A DNA stretch of 64,000 nt, from assembly GCA_964016885.1 (NCBI GenBank), contig OZ024751.1:48856001-48920000 (forward strand), written 5' to 3'. This DNA comes from Eledone cirrhosa (taxonomy: Eukaryota). How positions within the stretch are numbered: position 1 is the stretch's first letter; the number at the start of each line of letters is the position of its first letter. Shown here one piece after another: positions 44,323 through 57,700 of the stretch. The position numbers and the translations under genes were made by a program. The notes under the pieces are model-generated. The model was not told the origin of the DNA, did not search any database, and saw only the letters and a program-made list of their open reading frames with translations.

Positions 44323-45384
44323 ATTTCGTTTCTGAATTTGTTTAGCAAGATTCTTTATCTGAAATCGTGTGTTGAAACCGATATTGTTATACTTTGGGAG
44401 GGTCATGTTGCCAATAAGAAACACACGCACCAGTTGCTTTCACTTAAATTTATTATAATACATTTATAAATTTATAAATTTCTGGTTGGTTGGTTGGTTC
44501 CATAACCAGATAGTTGTTTATATATAGTCATAGTTCTTTCGTCACACACTCTGTGACCTCTTCAGTGACTGGGGATTCCTTTCTTTGTTTCTGTGCCTCT
44601 CCTTTGTTCTGTCCTACGCCATTTTGTTTCTGTGTGTGTGTGTTGTGTGCTCAGTCTGCGCATGCGCCACATCCGGGTGTCTGTGTGTGTTTATGTTCAT
44701 TTATTTATTTGTTTATTTACATATTACTGGTTGGTTGTTTGTTCTATGTGTGTGTGTGTTTTAATTTTGTCCTTAATTGTAAGTTGTGATGTTGCTGTTC
44801 CACTCATATTTTCTATTTTATTTTGGTTGTGATTCTTTTATGTTTATTGCCTCTGTAATTTGTCTAAACATTGCGTCTACACACAGAAAAGACGCAATGT
44901 TTAGACAAATTACAGAGGCAATAAACATAAAAGAATTACAACCAAAATGAAATAGAAAATATGAGTGGAACAGCAACATCACAACTTACAATTAAGGACA
45001 AAATGAAAACACACACACACATAGAACAAACAACCAACCAGTAACATGTAAATAAACAAATAAATAAATGAACATAAACGCACACAGACACCCGGATGTG
45101 GCGCATGCGCAGACTGAGCACACAACACACACACAGAAACAAAATGGCGTAGGACAGAACAAAGGAGAGGCACAGAAACAAAGAAAGGAATCCCCAGTCA
45201 CTGAAGAGGTCACAGAGTGTGTGACGAAAGAACTATGACTATATATAAACAACTATCTGGTTATGGAACCAACCAACCAGAAATTTATAAATTTATAAAT
45301 CTATTATAAATTTATTATAATAAATTGAAGTGAAAGCAACTGGTGCGTGTGTTTCTTATTGGCAACATGACCCTCCCAAAGTAT

Positions 45385-45392
<8 letters not shown>
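44323..45392 (-). mobile_element. Foldback element family D, arms of about 500 bp
   Basis: Inverted repeat 44381-44878/44890-45392, tail 44323-44380, (TA)n flanks. Confidence 0.85.
44526..44570 (-). ncRNA. Minimal hammerhead motif (mirror 45196-45240 on plus)
   Basis: AGTCA-CTGAAGA-g-GTCAC agagtgt GTGAC-GAAA-G aa C-TA-TGACT. Confidence 0.65.
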
Positions 45393-45468
<76 letters not shown>

Positions 45469-45663
45469 TTATACATATATATATGTTTGTTCTATATGTG
45501 AATGTATATATGTAAATATATATATATATGGAAAAAAATGAAACGAAATTTCATTTCTCACTCTTAGTACGGCTGATACTTAAATGTAAGTTTGTATGTA
45601 TACGTAAATACATATATGTATACAGACGTACGGTAGTATGTATATATATACATACATGCACAC

Positions 45664-45701
<38 letters not shown>

Positions 45702-45703
45702 TG

Positions 45704-45920
45704 TGAAGGCGTGTGGCTGAGTGGTTAGAGTATTGGATTCACAATCGTGAGGTTGTGAGTTCGATTCCTGAACCAGGCGATGCGTTATGTCCTTGAGCAA
45801 GACACTTTATTTCACGTTGCTCCTTCTACCTGGAGTTGCGACCGATAGATAGTATTAGCAATTGGAAAGACCAACGGAAACATACTTTCCTCGGTCCGAT
45901 TTGACGAAAGTCGATCGACT
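45704..45920 (+). mobile_element. SINE family 2
   Basis: Match to 32462 copy. Confidence 0.8.
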
Positions 45921-45922
45921 AG

Positions 45923-46004
<82 letters not shown>

Positions 46005-46471
46005 ATACCTACCTACATTCATACATACAGACATAACACAAAAGATTTAAGAATATTTTCTAATTCAAGAACATAGCTGAATATTATATTGTATAGAGCA
46101 GTCTGGAATTATCTTTCATAACCTCATAAATCTAGTCTAGTACTTAATAACATCTGAGGCTTTCTGTTACACCAGTGTACTGTGATGCTATAGATTGCTT
46201 GCTGCTGTTGTTGCAATTGCATAACATAAAGTTAGCCTTGATATAACTACACAGACTTCTTATCTTATTGATTCCTTATTTTCTGCAACAAAACTAGACC
46301 ATGAAAAACGTCATAAAAAGTGTCCCCTTTAGTAAGGCGGTATGACGTTTTTTTAAGGACGATTTCGTGGCCAATGCGTTCATAAAATGGCTACATTCTT
46401 AGGTTGTTGTTGTTCACGTATAAGCCAGTGTCTCTTAGTGTTGTATTCCGTTGCATTATATAATGTGTCCT

Positions 46472-46519
46472 TCCCCGCCTGTCACGCGAGAGACCGGGGT
46501 TCGATTCCCCGCTGGGGAG
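46472..46519 (+). pseudogene. 5'-truncated tRNA-Asp(GTC) retrocopy
   Basis: tccccgcctGTCacgcgagagaccggGGTTCGATTCCCCgctggggag gives anticodon arm, T arm and acceptor 3' strand; D arm and 5' strand absent. Confidence 0.85.
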
Positions 46520-46534
46520 GCTTCCTGATACTTT

Positions 46535-46727
46535 GGGCGGTGTATTGCAGTATCGGTAGAGGGTCGTACGCCATGCTTTGACGCATAGAGTAACGGCCCT
46601 TGCCATTCTGAGTTCAAAGCCCGCCGAGGTTAACTTTCCCTTTCATCCTTACGGGGTCCATAAAATAAAGTACCAGTAATGTACTGGGATAATTGCTGGC
46701 CTTGTGCCAATAGTAGAAACAATTATC
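46535..46727 (+). mobile_element. SINE family 1 sharing a TSD with the upstream tRNA fragment
   Basis: TSD TAATGTGTCCTT at 46461-46472 and 46728-46739. Confidence 0.85.
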
Positions 46728-47075
46728 TAATGTGTCCTTTCCTTTCTTTAGAAAGTACTTTGTCATCTGAGGCAAGATTGTCTACTATTTCCAGCAGATG
46801 GAGTGACCTTGTAGAAACTCGGTCGTTGAGATTAATATTATTGTTGTATTGTTGTATAATCTAATGATAAAGAAGGGGTGCTAGCTAGCTACAGACATTC
46901 TGTAATGGGCACGAACTCCCATATACATATACACACAGGCATACGGACACAAACACACACATAATGAGTAGTTTGCATCTCTGTGTATATCTATTTCACT
47001 TTCTCACTGTATACATGATTATTTCTTCCAAATGAAACAGATCCGGTCTTAGGCAGAAGTCATTTCTATAAGAAA

Positions 47076-47106
<31 letters not shown>

Positions 47107-47110
47107 TAGG

Positions 47111-47326
47111 AACGATCGACTTTCGTCAAATCGGACCGAGGTAACAATGTTTTCCGTTGGTCTTTCCAATTGCTAATACTATCTATCGGTCGCAACTCCA
47201 GGTAGAAGGAGCAACGTCAAATAAAGTGTCTTGCTCAAGGACATAACGCATCGCCTGGTCCAGGAATCGAACTCACAACCTTACGATTGCGAATCCAATT
47301 CTCTAACCACTCAGCCACACGCCTTC

Positions 47327-47328
<2 letters not shown>
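47111..47328 (-). mobile_element. SINE family 2
   Basis: Reverse complement of 45704 copy. Confidence 0.8.
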
Positions 47329-47368
<40 letters not shown>

Positions 47369-47377
47369 ATATATAAT

Positions 47378-47769
47378 AATAATTGTTTCTACTTTTGGCA
47401 CAAGGCCAGCATTTACTCAGTATATTACTGGTACTTTATTTTATCGACCCCGTAAGCATAAAAGGCAAAGTCAAACTCGGCGGGATTTGAACACAGACCG
47501 TAAAGGGACGTAACTCTATGCTTCAAAGCATTGTGTTCAACTCTCTACCGATACTGCCAATCCACCATAGGCACAAGGCCAGCAATTTTGCGGGAGAGGA
47601 AAGTCGATCAAATCAACTCCAGTGCGTGACTGGTACTTTATTTCATCGACCCCGTAAGGATGAAAGCCAAAGTTACACCTCGGTGGGATTTGAACTCAGA
47701 CCATAAAGGGCTGTAACTCTTTGCGTCAAAGCATGGCGTCCGACCCTCTACCGGTACTGCCAATCCACC
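47378..47769 (-). mobile_element. Two tandem SINE family 1 copies
   Basis: 47378-47567 and 47569-47769; (AAT)n adjacent. Confidence 0.8.
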
Positions 47770-47837
<68 letters not shown>

Positions 47838-48253
47838 GTTATACTTATATATATAATATATATATAAATATAAATAAGATAAGGGTAATATTGTGTATTA
47901 CCCGATTACCAATAAGATAATTAGCTCAATCTAAAATATCTACATAGATAACAATCAAATTTTGCTTAAGGCATTTAATAGCTAACGATCGTTTCTTCCA
48001 GACATATGATTGCACCAAGTACAACAAAGACTATTACTAACGCATCGATCTGCACAGTCACTGCAGATGATACCAGTGACTAGACATAAATCCAGGTGCA
48101 TTAAGAAGGGTATTCCAGGACTGAGGTGCCAATGATGATATAACTTTGATAAATTTGGTAGGTGTTGGCCAGTATTGCAGTATTGACCCAGGTCATGTCT
48201 ATATATTTCTATATATTTTCTATAATAATTGTAATATATATATATATATATAT

Positions 48254-48457
48254 AAGTTTTAATATAGAAGAGATTTTACAGGTCTAGAACTGTTTCATTC
48301 TTTAGAAATCATCAGGAATCCCTGGGATTCCTGATGATTTCTAAAGAATGAAACAGTTCTAGTCCTGTAGAATTTCTTCTATATTAAAACTTTTATACTC
48401 TGCTATGTATTGAGTACCTTACTTACTGTGGTTACCTCCGATTCAACCCGGAATAAC

Positions 48458-48460
<3 letters not shown>
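48254..48460 (+). mobile_element. Foldback element, family G
   Basis: Palindrome 48254-48392 centred at 48323; tail with ACTC tgctatgtatt GAGT; (TA)n flanks. Confidence 0.8.
48324..48376 (+). ncRNA. Type-I hammerhead with canonical core and full stem III
   Basis: GGGATTC-CTGATGA-tTTC taaa GAAt-GAAA-CAG ttctagtc CTG-TA-GAATTTC; U-U at the base of stem II. Confidence 0.75.
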
Positions 48461-48499
<39 letters not shown>

Positions 48500-48538
48500 G
48501 TGTTTTACATATATATATATATATATACATACATATAC

Positions 48539-49118
48539 GTCTTTTTCAACGGGTCACTTTCTGGCTCAATGAAAAGTTAATAAATTAAGTAATCAGAGCT
48601 ATATATCATAAAACATGTCTATAGAATCACCAGATAAAATATATACCATTTCCTCTCCCAATTAGCATAATTAACCATATAAAAAAATCGAATAGACCAG
48701 GCTATAAGAATAAGGTTTCTATGTAGAAGTCTCCAACAAATAACCGAAATCAGCCCTTCGCGCCGGCTGCAACGGAATATTTATCCAATATTTCGACAGC
48801 GTAATCGCCTAGATATACAGTCAATTAAAAAGAATTAGGTGTAAAATAAACTAGGAGAAAAGAGAATACATTTATTTACCTCGACCATGGTTTCGTCCGC
48901 ATTTTAAGATTTCCGATAACTTCGGAAACTTGAGCACCGGACTCTTCGGGAATGGCGGGATCACTTTGGAAAATTTATTGTCTAGATTTGAGCAAACTCC
49001 CGAAGAGTCCGGTGCTCAAGGTTCCGAAGTTATCGGAAATATTAAAATATGGTTAATTATGCTAATTGGGAGAGGAAATGGTATATATTTTCTCTGGTGA
49101 TTCTATAGATATGTTTTA

Positions 49119-49122
<4 letters not shown>
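48539..49122 (-). mobile_element. Foldback element family H; inverted arm internally deleted
   Basis: 48601-48680 pairs with about 49047-49122 and 48901-48950 with about 48999-49049; tail 48539-48600. Confidence 0.75.
48880..48952 (-). ncRNA. Hammerhead motif, U4C core variant, long stem-II insert
   Basis: TTC-CCGAAGA-GTCCG..CGGAC-GAAA-C CATG G-TC-GAG. Confidence 0.7.
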
Positions 49123-49161
<39 letters not shown>

Positions 49162-49269
49162 ATGGAATACTGTTAGTTTCTCGCTACAACAATTTCTATA
49201 CCTTTCATTTATATATTTATATATATATATATATATTGTAATATGTTTTACATATTGTTTTATATACAT

Positions 49270-49580
49270 TTTGTGAGGGTCATATTGCCAGTACTATCTC
49301 ATGCATCAGAGGAGTTTCAGTTTGGCTATATTAATTTAGTAATCGGATGTTTATTCGTTATAATTAATTGCCTTTTCGTCACACATTCTGTGACCTCCTC
49401 AAAGAATATACTTACTCAGATTGGCACAGGGGAGCCAGAATAACCATTGAGAAGTTCATAGAATATGTGACGAAAGACCATTTACAATGAACTAAGCATC
49501 TGGTTACTAACTAACGAATAATGAAGCTGAAGTGAAAATCAACTGGTGGGTGTTTTTATTGTCATCATGACCCTCTCAAA
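49270..49580. mobile_element. Old, diverged family-D-like foldback element
   Basis: Ends tttgtgagggtcat / atgaccctctcaaa; remnants of GTCAC..GTGAC-GAAA in both arms (about 49370-49405 and 49447-49480). Confidence 0.55.
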
Positions 49581-49657
49581 GCAGAAGAATAATTTTCAAC
49601 AAACGAATCTACATGATGATTCTCGCAAGTCAAATACAAAATGGACTGTGTTGTATG

Positions 49658-49689
<32 letters not shown>

Positions 49690-49844
49690 TGTATGTATGT
49701 ATGTATGTATGTATGTATGTATGTATGTATGTATGCATGCATGTATGTATGTATGTATGTATGTATGTATGTATGTATGAATGTATGTATATATGTGTAT
49801 GTATGTATGTATGTATGTATGTATATATGTATGTATGTATGTAT

Positions 49845-49889
<45 letters not shown>

Positions 49890-50036
49890 CTTGAAAATGA
49901 ACAAACAAAACACAGTAGGAAATTTTGAACATATATACATACACTCTCACACACACACATGTATATATATATATATATATATATATACATGGACACACAC
50001 GCACACACGCACACACGCACATCATTTATATATATA

Positions 50037-50073
<37 letters not shown>

Positions 50074-50178
50074 GAACACACACACACACACAAAGATATA
50101 TATATATATATACATATATATAAATGAAAGGTATAGAAAACATTGTAGCAAAAAGCCATATATATATATATATATATG

Positions 50179-50304
<126 letters not shown>

Positions 50305-50609
50305 AATTCATCAACAGGATTCCAACATATGGTAGACGTTCTGCAACAGAGAATTTGTCACTTAAGAACGAAGTTCAAGTTGCAGTGTTGAAATAATTGA
50401 GGAATTTGCTGCGTGGTGTTAGACATTAGAAGAGCATGTGACAGATAATAGCTATGTGGAGTAACAATATCTTAGAGGCTTAGAAGGGTAATGGGAGACA
50501 ATAATTATGCAGGGTATCCATGTCTTGTGAACTTCACTCCTGTCACCTGCTGCTATGAGAGCAAGTTGGAGCAGAACATTGAAATATTCAGCCTGGCATC
50601 TGTTGGTAT

Positions 50610-51705
50610 CGTTGTAGTTGACGATTTTGAAGGTGTTGGTGGTGTTGGTGGTGCTGGTGTTGGTGGTGGTGGTGGTGATTGTGGTGGTGGTGGTAGTTGT
50701 GGTGGTGGTGGTGGCTGTGCTGTTGGTGTTGGTGGTGTTGGTGGTGCTGGTGTTGGTGGTGGTAGTTGTGGTGGTGGTGGTGGGGGGAGGGGCTGTGGTG
50801 TTGGTGGTGTTGGTGGTGCTGGTGTTGATGGTGGTGATTGTGGTGGTGGTGGTTGTTGTTGTGGAGGTGGTGGTGGTATTGGTGGTGATAGCAGTGGTGA
50901 TTATGGTGGTGGTGATTGTGGTGGTGGTGGTACTTGTGCTGGTGGTGGTGGCTGTGGTGTTGGTGTTGGTGGTGTTGGTGGTGATAGCAGTGGTGATAGC
51001 CGTGGTGGTGATTGTGGTGGTGGTAGTTGTGCTGGTGGTGGTGGCTGTGGTGTTAGTGGTGGTGGTGTTGGTGGTGATAGCCGTGGTGGTGATTGTGGTG
51101 GTGGTAGTTGTGTTGGTGGTGGTGGTGGCTGTGGTGTTGGTGGTGGTGGTGTTGGTGGTGTTGGTGGTGTTGGTGTTGGTGTTGGTGGTGGTGGTGATTG
51201 TGGTGGTGGTAGCTGTGGTGGCTGTGGCTGTGGTGGTTATGGAGGTTGTGGTGTTGGTGTTGGTTGTGTCGGTGGTAATAGCAGTTGTGATTATGGTGGT
51301 GGTGATTGTGGTGGTGGTAGTTGTGCAGGTGGTGGAGGCTGTGGTGTTTGTGGTGTTGGTGTAGGTGTCGGTGGTGGTGGTGGTGGGTTGGGATGGTGGT
51401 GGTGGTGGTGGTGTTGGTGGTGGCGGTGGCGGTGGTGGCTGTGGTGGTCGTGGTGGTAGTAGATGTGGTGTTGGTGTTGGTGGTTGAGTTGCTGGTACTT
51501 GTTGTGGTGGTGTTTGTGCTGTTTGTTGTGGTGGTGATCATGTTTAGTGATGAAGTTGATGATGACGCTGATGATAATGATGATGATGATAATGATGATG
51601 ACACTTAAGCTGACACTGATGACACTGATGGTGATGATGATGACAATGACTATGTTGATGATGATGATGACACTGATGACACTGATGATGGTGATGGTTG
51701 TGGTG
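50610..51705. repeat. GGT-based structured trinucleotide array followed by a GAT-rich array
   Basis: Recurring unit ggt gat tgt ggt ggt ggt agt tgt. Confidence 0.85.
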
Positions 51706-51775
51706 CCAGTCTGTTTTACTTTTGTTGTGTTTCTTCTTTTTCAATAACTTGTTATTGTTTTAATTAAAATAACAA

Positions 51776-54700
51776 TATTGTTGTTATTGATGTTACTGTT
51801 GTTATTGATGTTACTGTTGTTATTGTTGTTACTGTTGTTACTGTTGTTATTGTTGTTAGTGTTGTTATTGTTGTTACTGTTGTTACTGTTGTTATTGTTG
51901 TTATTGTTGTTATTGTTGTTATTGTTGTTAGTGTTGTTACTGTTGTTATTGTTGTTATTGTTGTTAGTGTTGTTACTGTTGTTACTGTTGTTACTGTTGT
52001 TACTGTTGTTATTGTTGTTATTGTTGTTAGTGTTGTTACTGTTGTTATTGTTGTTATTGTTGTTATTGTTGTTAGTGTTGTTACTGTTGTTACTGTTGTT
52101 AGTGTTGTTAGTGGTGTTAGTGTTGTTACTGTTGTTACTGTTGTTACTGTTGTTACTGTTGTTATTGATGTTATTGTTGTTACTGTTGTTACTGTTGTTA
52201 TTGTTGTTAGTGTTGTTACTGTTGTTATTGTTGTTACTGTTGTTACTGTTGTTACTGTTGTTATTGTTGTTACTGTTGTTACTGTTGTTACTGTTGTTAG
52301 TGTTGTTAGTGTTGTTAGTGTTGTTAGTGTTGTTACTGTTGTTACTGTTGTTACTGCTGTTACTGTTGTTATTGTTGTTATTGATGTTACTGTTGTTATT
52401 GTTGTTACTGTTGTTACTGTTGTTATTGTTGTTAGTGTTGTTACTGTTGTTATTGTTGTTAGTGTTGTTACTGTTGTTATTGTTGTTACTGTTGTTACTG
52501 TTGTTATTGTTGTTAGTGTTGTTACTGTTGTTATTGTTGTTACTGTTGTTACTGTTGTTAGTGTTGTTACTGTTGTTACTGTTGTTACTAATGTTACTGT
52601 TGTTATTGTTGTTATTGATGTTACTGTTGTTACTGTTGTTATTGTTGTTATTGATGTTACTGTTGTTACTGTTGTTACTGTTGTTACTGTTGTTATTGTT
52701 GTTATTGATGTTACTGTTGTTACTGTTGTTACTGTTGTTACTGTTGTTATTGTTGTTATTGATGTTACTGTTGTTACTGTTGTTATTGTTCTTATTGATG
52801 TTACTGTTGTTACTGTTGTTACTGTTGTTACTGCTGTTACTGTTGTTATTGTTGTTATTGTTGTTATTCTTGTTATTGTTGTTACTGTTGTTAGTGTTGT
52901 TATTGATGTTATTGTTGTTACTGTTGTTACTGGTGTTACTGTTGTTATTGTTGTTATTGATGTTACTGTTGTTACTGTTGTTATTGTTGTTACTGTTGTT
53001 ACTGTTGTTATTGTTGTTACTGTTGTTACTGTTGTTACTGTTGTTATTGTTGTTATTGTTGTTACTGTTGTTACTGTTGTTAGTGTTGTTACTGTTGTTA
53101 GTGTTGTTAGTGTTGTTAGTGTTGTTACTGTTGTTATTGTTGTTACTGTTGTTACTGTTGTTACTGTTGTTATTGTTGTTATTGTTGTTACTGTTGTTAC
53201 TGTTGTTAGTGTTGTTAGTGTTGTTAGTGTTGTTACTGTTGTTAGTGTTGTTACTGTTGTTATTGTTGTTACTGTTGTTACTGTTGTTAGTGTTGTTACT
53301 GTTGTTAGTGTTGTTATTGTTGTTATTGTTGTTACTGTTGTTACTGTTGTTACTGCTGTTACTGTTAGTGTTGTTACTGTTGTTACTGTTGTTAGTGTTG
53401 TTACTGTTGTTAGTGTTGTTAGTGTTGTTAGTGTTGTTAGTGTTGTTAGTGTTGTTACTGTTGTTATTGTTGTTACTGTTGTTACTGTTGTTAGTGTTGT
53501 TACTGTTGTTACTGTTGTTATTGTTGTTACTGTTGTTAATGTTGTTAGTGTTGTTACTGTTGTTACTGTTGTTATTGTTGTTATTGTTGTTAGTGTTGTT
53601 ACTGTTGTTATTGTTGTTATTGTTGTTATTGTTGTTAGTGTTGTTACTGTTGTTAGTGTTGTTAGTGTTATTAGTGTTGTTGCTGTTGTTATTGTTGTTA
53701 CTGTTGTTAGTGTTGTTACTGATGTTATTGTTGTTATTGTTGTTATTGTTGTTACTGTTGTTATTGTTGTTATTGTTGTTATTGTTGTTACTGTTGTTAG
53801 TGTTGTTACTGTTGTTAGTGTTGTTACTGTTGTTATTGTTGTTATTGTTGTTATTGTTGTTACTGTTGTTACTGTTGTTATTGTTGTTATTGTTGTTACT
53901 GTTGTTAGTGTTGTTACTGTTGTTAGTGTTGTTAGTGTTGTTAGTGTTGTTACTGTTGTTATTGTTGTTATTGTTGTTATTGTTGTTAGTGTTGTTAGTG
54001 TTGTTACTGTTGTTATTGTTGTTACTGTCGTTAGTGTTGTTACTGTTGTTATTGTTGTTACTGTCGTTAGTGTTGTTACTGTTGTTACTGTTGTTATTGT
54101 TGTTATTGTTGTTAGTGTTGTTACTGTTGTTATTGTTGTTATTGTTGTTATTGTTGTTATTGTTGTTACTGTTGTTATTGTTGTTACTGTCGTTAGTGTT
54201 GTTACTGTTGTTACTGTTGTTACTGTTGTTACTGTTGTTAGTGTTGTTATTGTTGTTAGTGTTGTTACTGTTGTTACTGTTGTTAATGTTGTTATTGTTG
54301 TTACTGTTGTTACTGTTGTTATTGTTGTTACTGTTGTTACTTTTGTTAGTGTTGTTACTGTTGTTACTGTTGTTATTGTTGTTACTGTTGTTAGTGTTCT
54401 TATTGTTGTTAGTGTTGTTACTGTTGTTACTGTTGTTACTGTTGTTATTGTTGTTACTGTTGTTAGTGTTGTTAGTGTTGTTACTGTTGTTATTGTCTGT
54501 TACTGTTGTTACTGTTGTTATTGTTGTTACAGTTGTTACTGTTGTTATTGTTGTTACAGTTGTTACTGTTGTTATTGTTGTTACTGTTGTTACTGTTGTT
54601 ACTGTTGTTACTGTTGTTACTGTTGTTACTGTTGTTACTGTTGTTACTTTTGTTAGTGTTGTTACTGTTGTTACTGTTGTTATTGTTGTTACTGTTGTTA

Positions 54701-57700
54701 GTGTTGTTAGTGTTGTTACTGTTGTTATTGTTGTTATTGTTGTTATTGTTGTTAGTGTTGTTACTGTTGTTAGTGTTGTTACTGTTGTTATTGTTGTTAC
54801 TGTTGTTACTGTTGTTATTGTTGTTACAGTTGTTACTGTTGTTATTGTTGTTACTGTTGTTACTGTTGTTAGTGTTGTTACTGTTGTTATTGTTGTTAGT
54901 GTTGTTAGTGTTGTTACTGTTGTTACTGTTGTTAGTGTTGTTAGTGTTGTTAGTGTTGTTAGTGTTGTTAGTGTTGTTATTGTTGTTACTGTTGTTAGTG
55001 TTGTTAGTGTTGTTACTGTTGTTACTGTTGTTAGTGTTGTTAGTGTTGTTACTGTTGTTAGTGTTGTTAGTGTTGTTAGTGTTGTTAGTGTTGTTAGTGT
55101 TGTTAGTGTTGTTAGTGTTGTTATTGTTGTTACTGTTGTTAGTGTTGTTAGTGTTGTTACTGTTGTTACTGTTGTTAGTGTTGTTAGTGTTGTTAGTGTT
55201 GTTAGTGTTGTTAGTGTTGTTACTGTTGTTATAGTTGCTATAGTTGTTATTGTTGTTATTGTTTTAGTGTTGTTATTGTTGTTATTGTTGTTATTGTTGT
55301 TAGTGTTGTTACTGTTGTTATTGTTGTTACTGTTGTTAGTGTTGTTACTGTTGTTAGTGTTGTTATTGTTGTTACTGTTGTTATTGTTGTTAGTGTTGTT
55401 AGTGTTGTTACTGTTGCTAGTGTTGTTAGTGTTGTTAGTGTTGTTATTGTTGTTATTGTTGTTAGTGTTGTTATTGTTGTTACTGTTGTTAGTGTTGTTA
55501 GTGTTGTTACTGTTGTTACTGTTGTTATTGTTGTTATTGTTGTTAGTGTTGTTAGTGTTGTTATTGTCGTTAGTGTTGTTACTGTTGTTATAGTTGTTAT
55601 TGTTGTTATAGTAGTTATTGTTTAAGTGTTGTTATTGTTGTTATTGTTGTTATTGTTGTTACTGTTGTTAGTTTTGTTACTGTTGTTACTGTTGTTATTG
55701 TTGTTATTGTTGTTAGTGTTGTTAGTGTTGTTATTGTTGTTAGTGTTGTTATTGTTGTTATATTTGTAAGTGTTGTTAGTGTTGTTAGTGTTGTTAGTGT
55801 TGTTATTGTTGTTACTGTTGTTAGTGTAGTTACTGTTGTTAGTGTTGTTATTGTTGTTAGTGTTGTTAGTGTTGTTATTGTTGTTAGTGTTGTTATTGTT
55901 GTTATTGTTGTTATTGTTGTTACTGTTGTTAGTGTTGTTAGTGTTGTTATTGTTGTTAGTGTTGTTATTGTTGTTATTTTTGTTGTTACAGTTGTTACTG
56001 TTGTTAGAGTTGTTATTGTTGTTATTTTTGTTATTGTTGTTAGTGTTGTTAGTGTTGTTATTGTTGTTATGGTTATTGCTGTTGTTATTGTTGTTACTGT
56101 TGTTATTGTTGTTAGTGTTGTTAGTGTTGTTATTGTTGTTGCTGTTGTTACTGTTGTTATTGTTGTTACTGTTGTTATTGTTGTTATTGTTGTTAGTGTT
56201 GTTATTGTTGTTGCTGTTGTTATTGTTGTTATTGTTGTTAGTGTTGTTAGTGTTGTTAGTGTTGTTATTGTTGTTATTGTTGTTATTGTTGTTAGTGTTG
56301 TTAGTGTTGTTAGTGTTATTATTGTTGTTAGTGTTGTTATTGTTGTTATTGTTGTTAGTGTTGTTAGTGTTGTTACTGTTGTTAGTGTTGTTATTGTTGT
56401 TATTGTTGTTAGTGTTCTTAGTGTTGTTAGTGTTGTTAGTGTTGTTACTGTTGTTAGTGTTGTTACTGTTGTTATTGTTGTTATTGCTGTTAGTGTTGTT
56501 AGTCTTGTTATTGTTGTTATTGTTGTTATTGTTGTTACTGTTGTTATTGTTGTTATTGTTGTTAGTGTTGTTATTGTTGTTATTGTTGTTAGCGTTGTTA
56601 GTGTTGTTAGTGTTGTTATTGTTGTTACTGTTGTTACTGTTGTTAGTGTTGTTAGTGTTGTTATTGTTGTTAGTGTTGTTATTGTTGTTAGTGTTGTTAT
56701 TGTTGTTACTGTTGTTATTGTTGTTAGTGTTGTTAGTGTTGTTATTGTTGTTAGTGTTGTTATTGTTGTTAGTGTTGTTAGTGTTGTTAGTGTTGTTATT
56801 GTTGTTACTGTTGTTACTGCTGTTACTGTTGTTAGTGTTGTTGCTGTTGTTACTGTTATTGTTGTTAGTATTGTTATTGTTGTTACTGTTGTTAGTGTTG
56901 TTACTGTTGTTATTGTTGTTAGTGTTGTTATTGTTGTTATTGTTGTTATTGTTGTTATTGTTGTTATTGTTGTTAGTGTTGTTACTGTTGTTATTGTAGT
57001 TACTGTTGTTAGTGTTGTTATTGTTGTTATTGTTGTTAGTGTTGTTAGTGTTGTTATTGTTGTTATTGTTGTTATTGATGTTACTGTTGTTATTATTGTT
57101 ATTGTTGTTAGTGTTGTTATTGTTGTTATTGTTGTTAGCGTTGTTAGTGTTGTTAGTGTTGTTATTGTTGTTACTGTTGTTACTGTTGTTAGTGTTGTTA
57201 GTGTTGTTATTGTTGTTAGTGTTGTTATTGTTGTTAGTGTTGTTATTGTTGTTACTGTTGTTATTGTTGTTAGTGTTGTTAGTGTTGTTATTGTTGTTAG
57301 TATTGTTATTGTTGTTAGTGTTGTTAGTGTTGTTAGTGTTGTTATTGTTGTTACTGTTGTTACTGCTGTTACTGTTGTTAGTGTTGTTGCTGTTGTTACT
57401 GTTATTGTTGTTAGTATTGTTATTGTTGTTACTGTTGTTAGTGTAGTTACTGTTGTTATTGTTGTTATTGTTGTTACTGTTGTTATTGTTGTTAGTGTTG
57501 TTATTGTTGTTAGTGTTGTTACTGTTGTTACTGTTGTTATTGTTGTTATTATTGTTACTGTTGTTATTGTTGTTAGTGTTGTTAGTGTTGTTAGTGTTGT
57601 TATTGTTGTTACAGTTGTTAGTGCTGTTAGTATTGTTATTATTGTTAGTGTTGTTACTGTTGTTAGTGTTGTTAGTGTTGTTAGTGTTGTTATTGCTGTT

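Noticed and set aside
47975-48005. GAAAC-GATC-GTT on minus, hammerhead 3' half
   Set aside because: No matching core or stem-II partner found nearby
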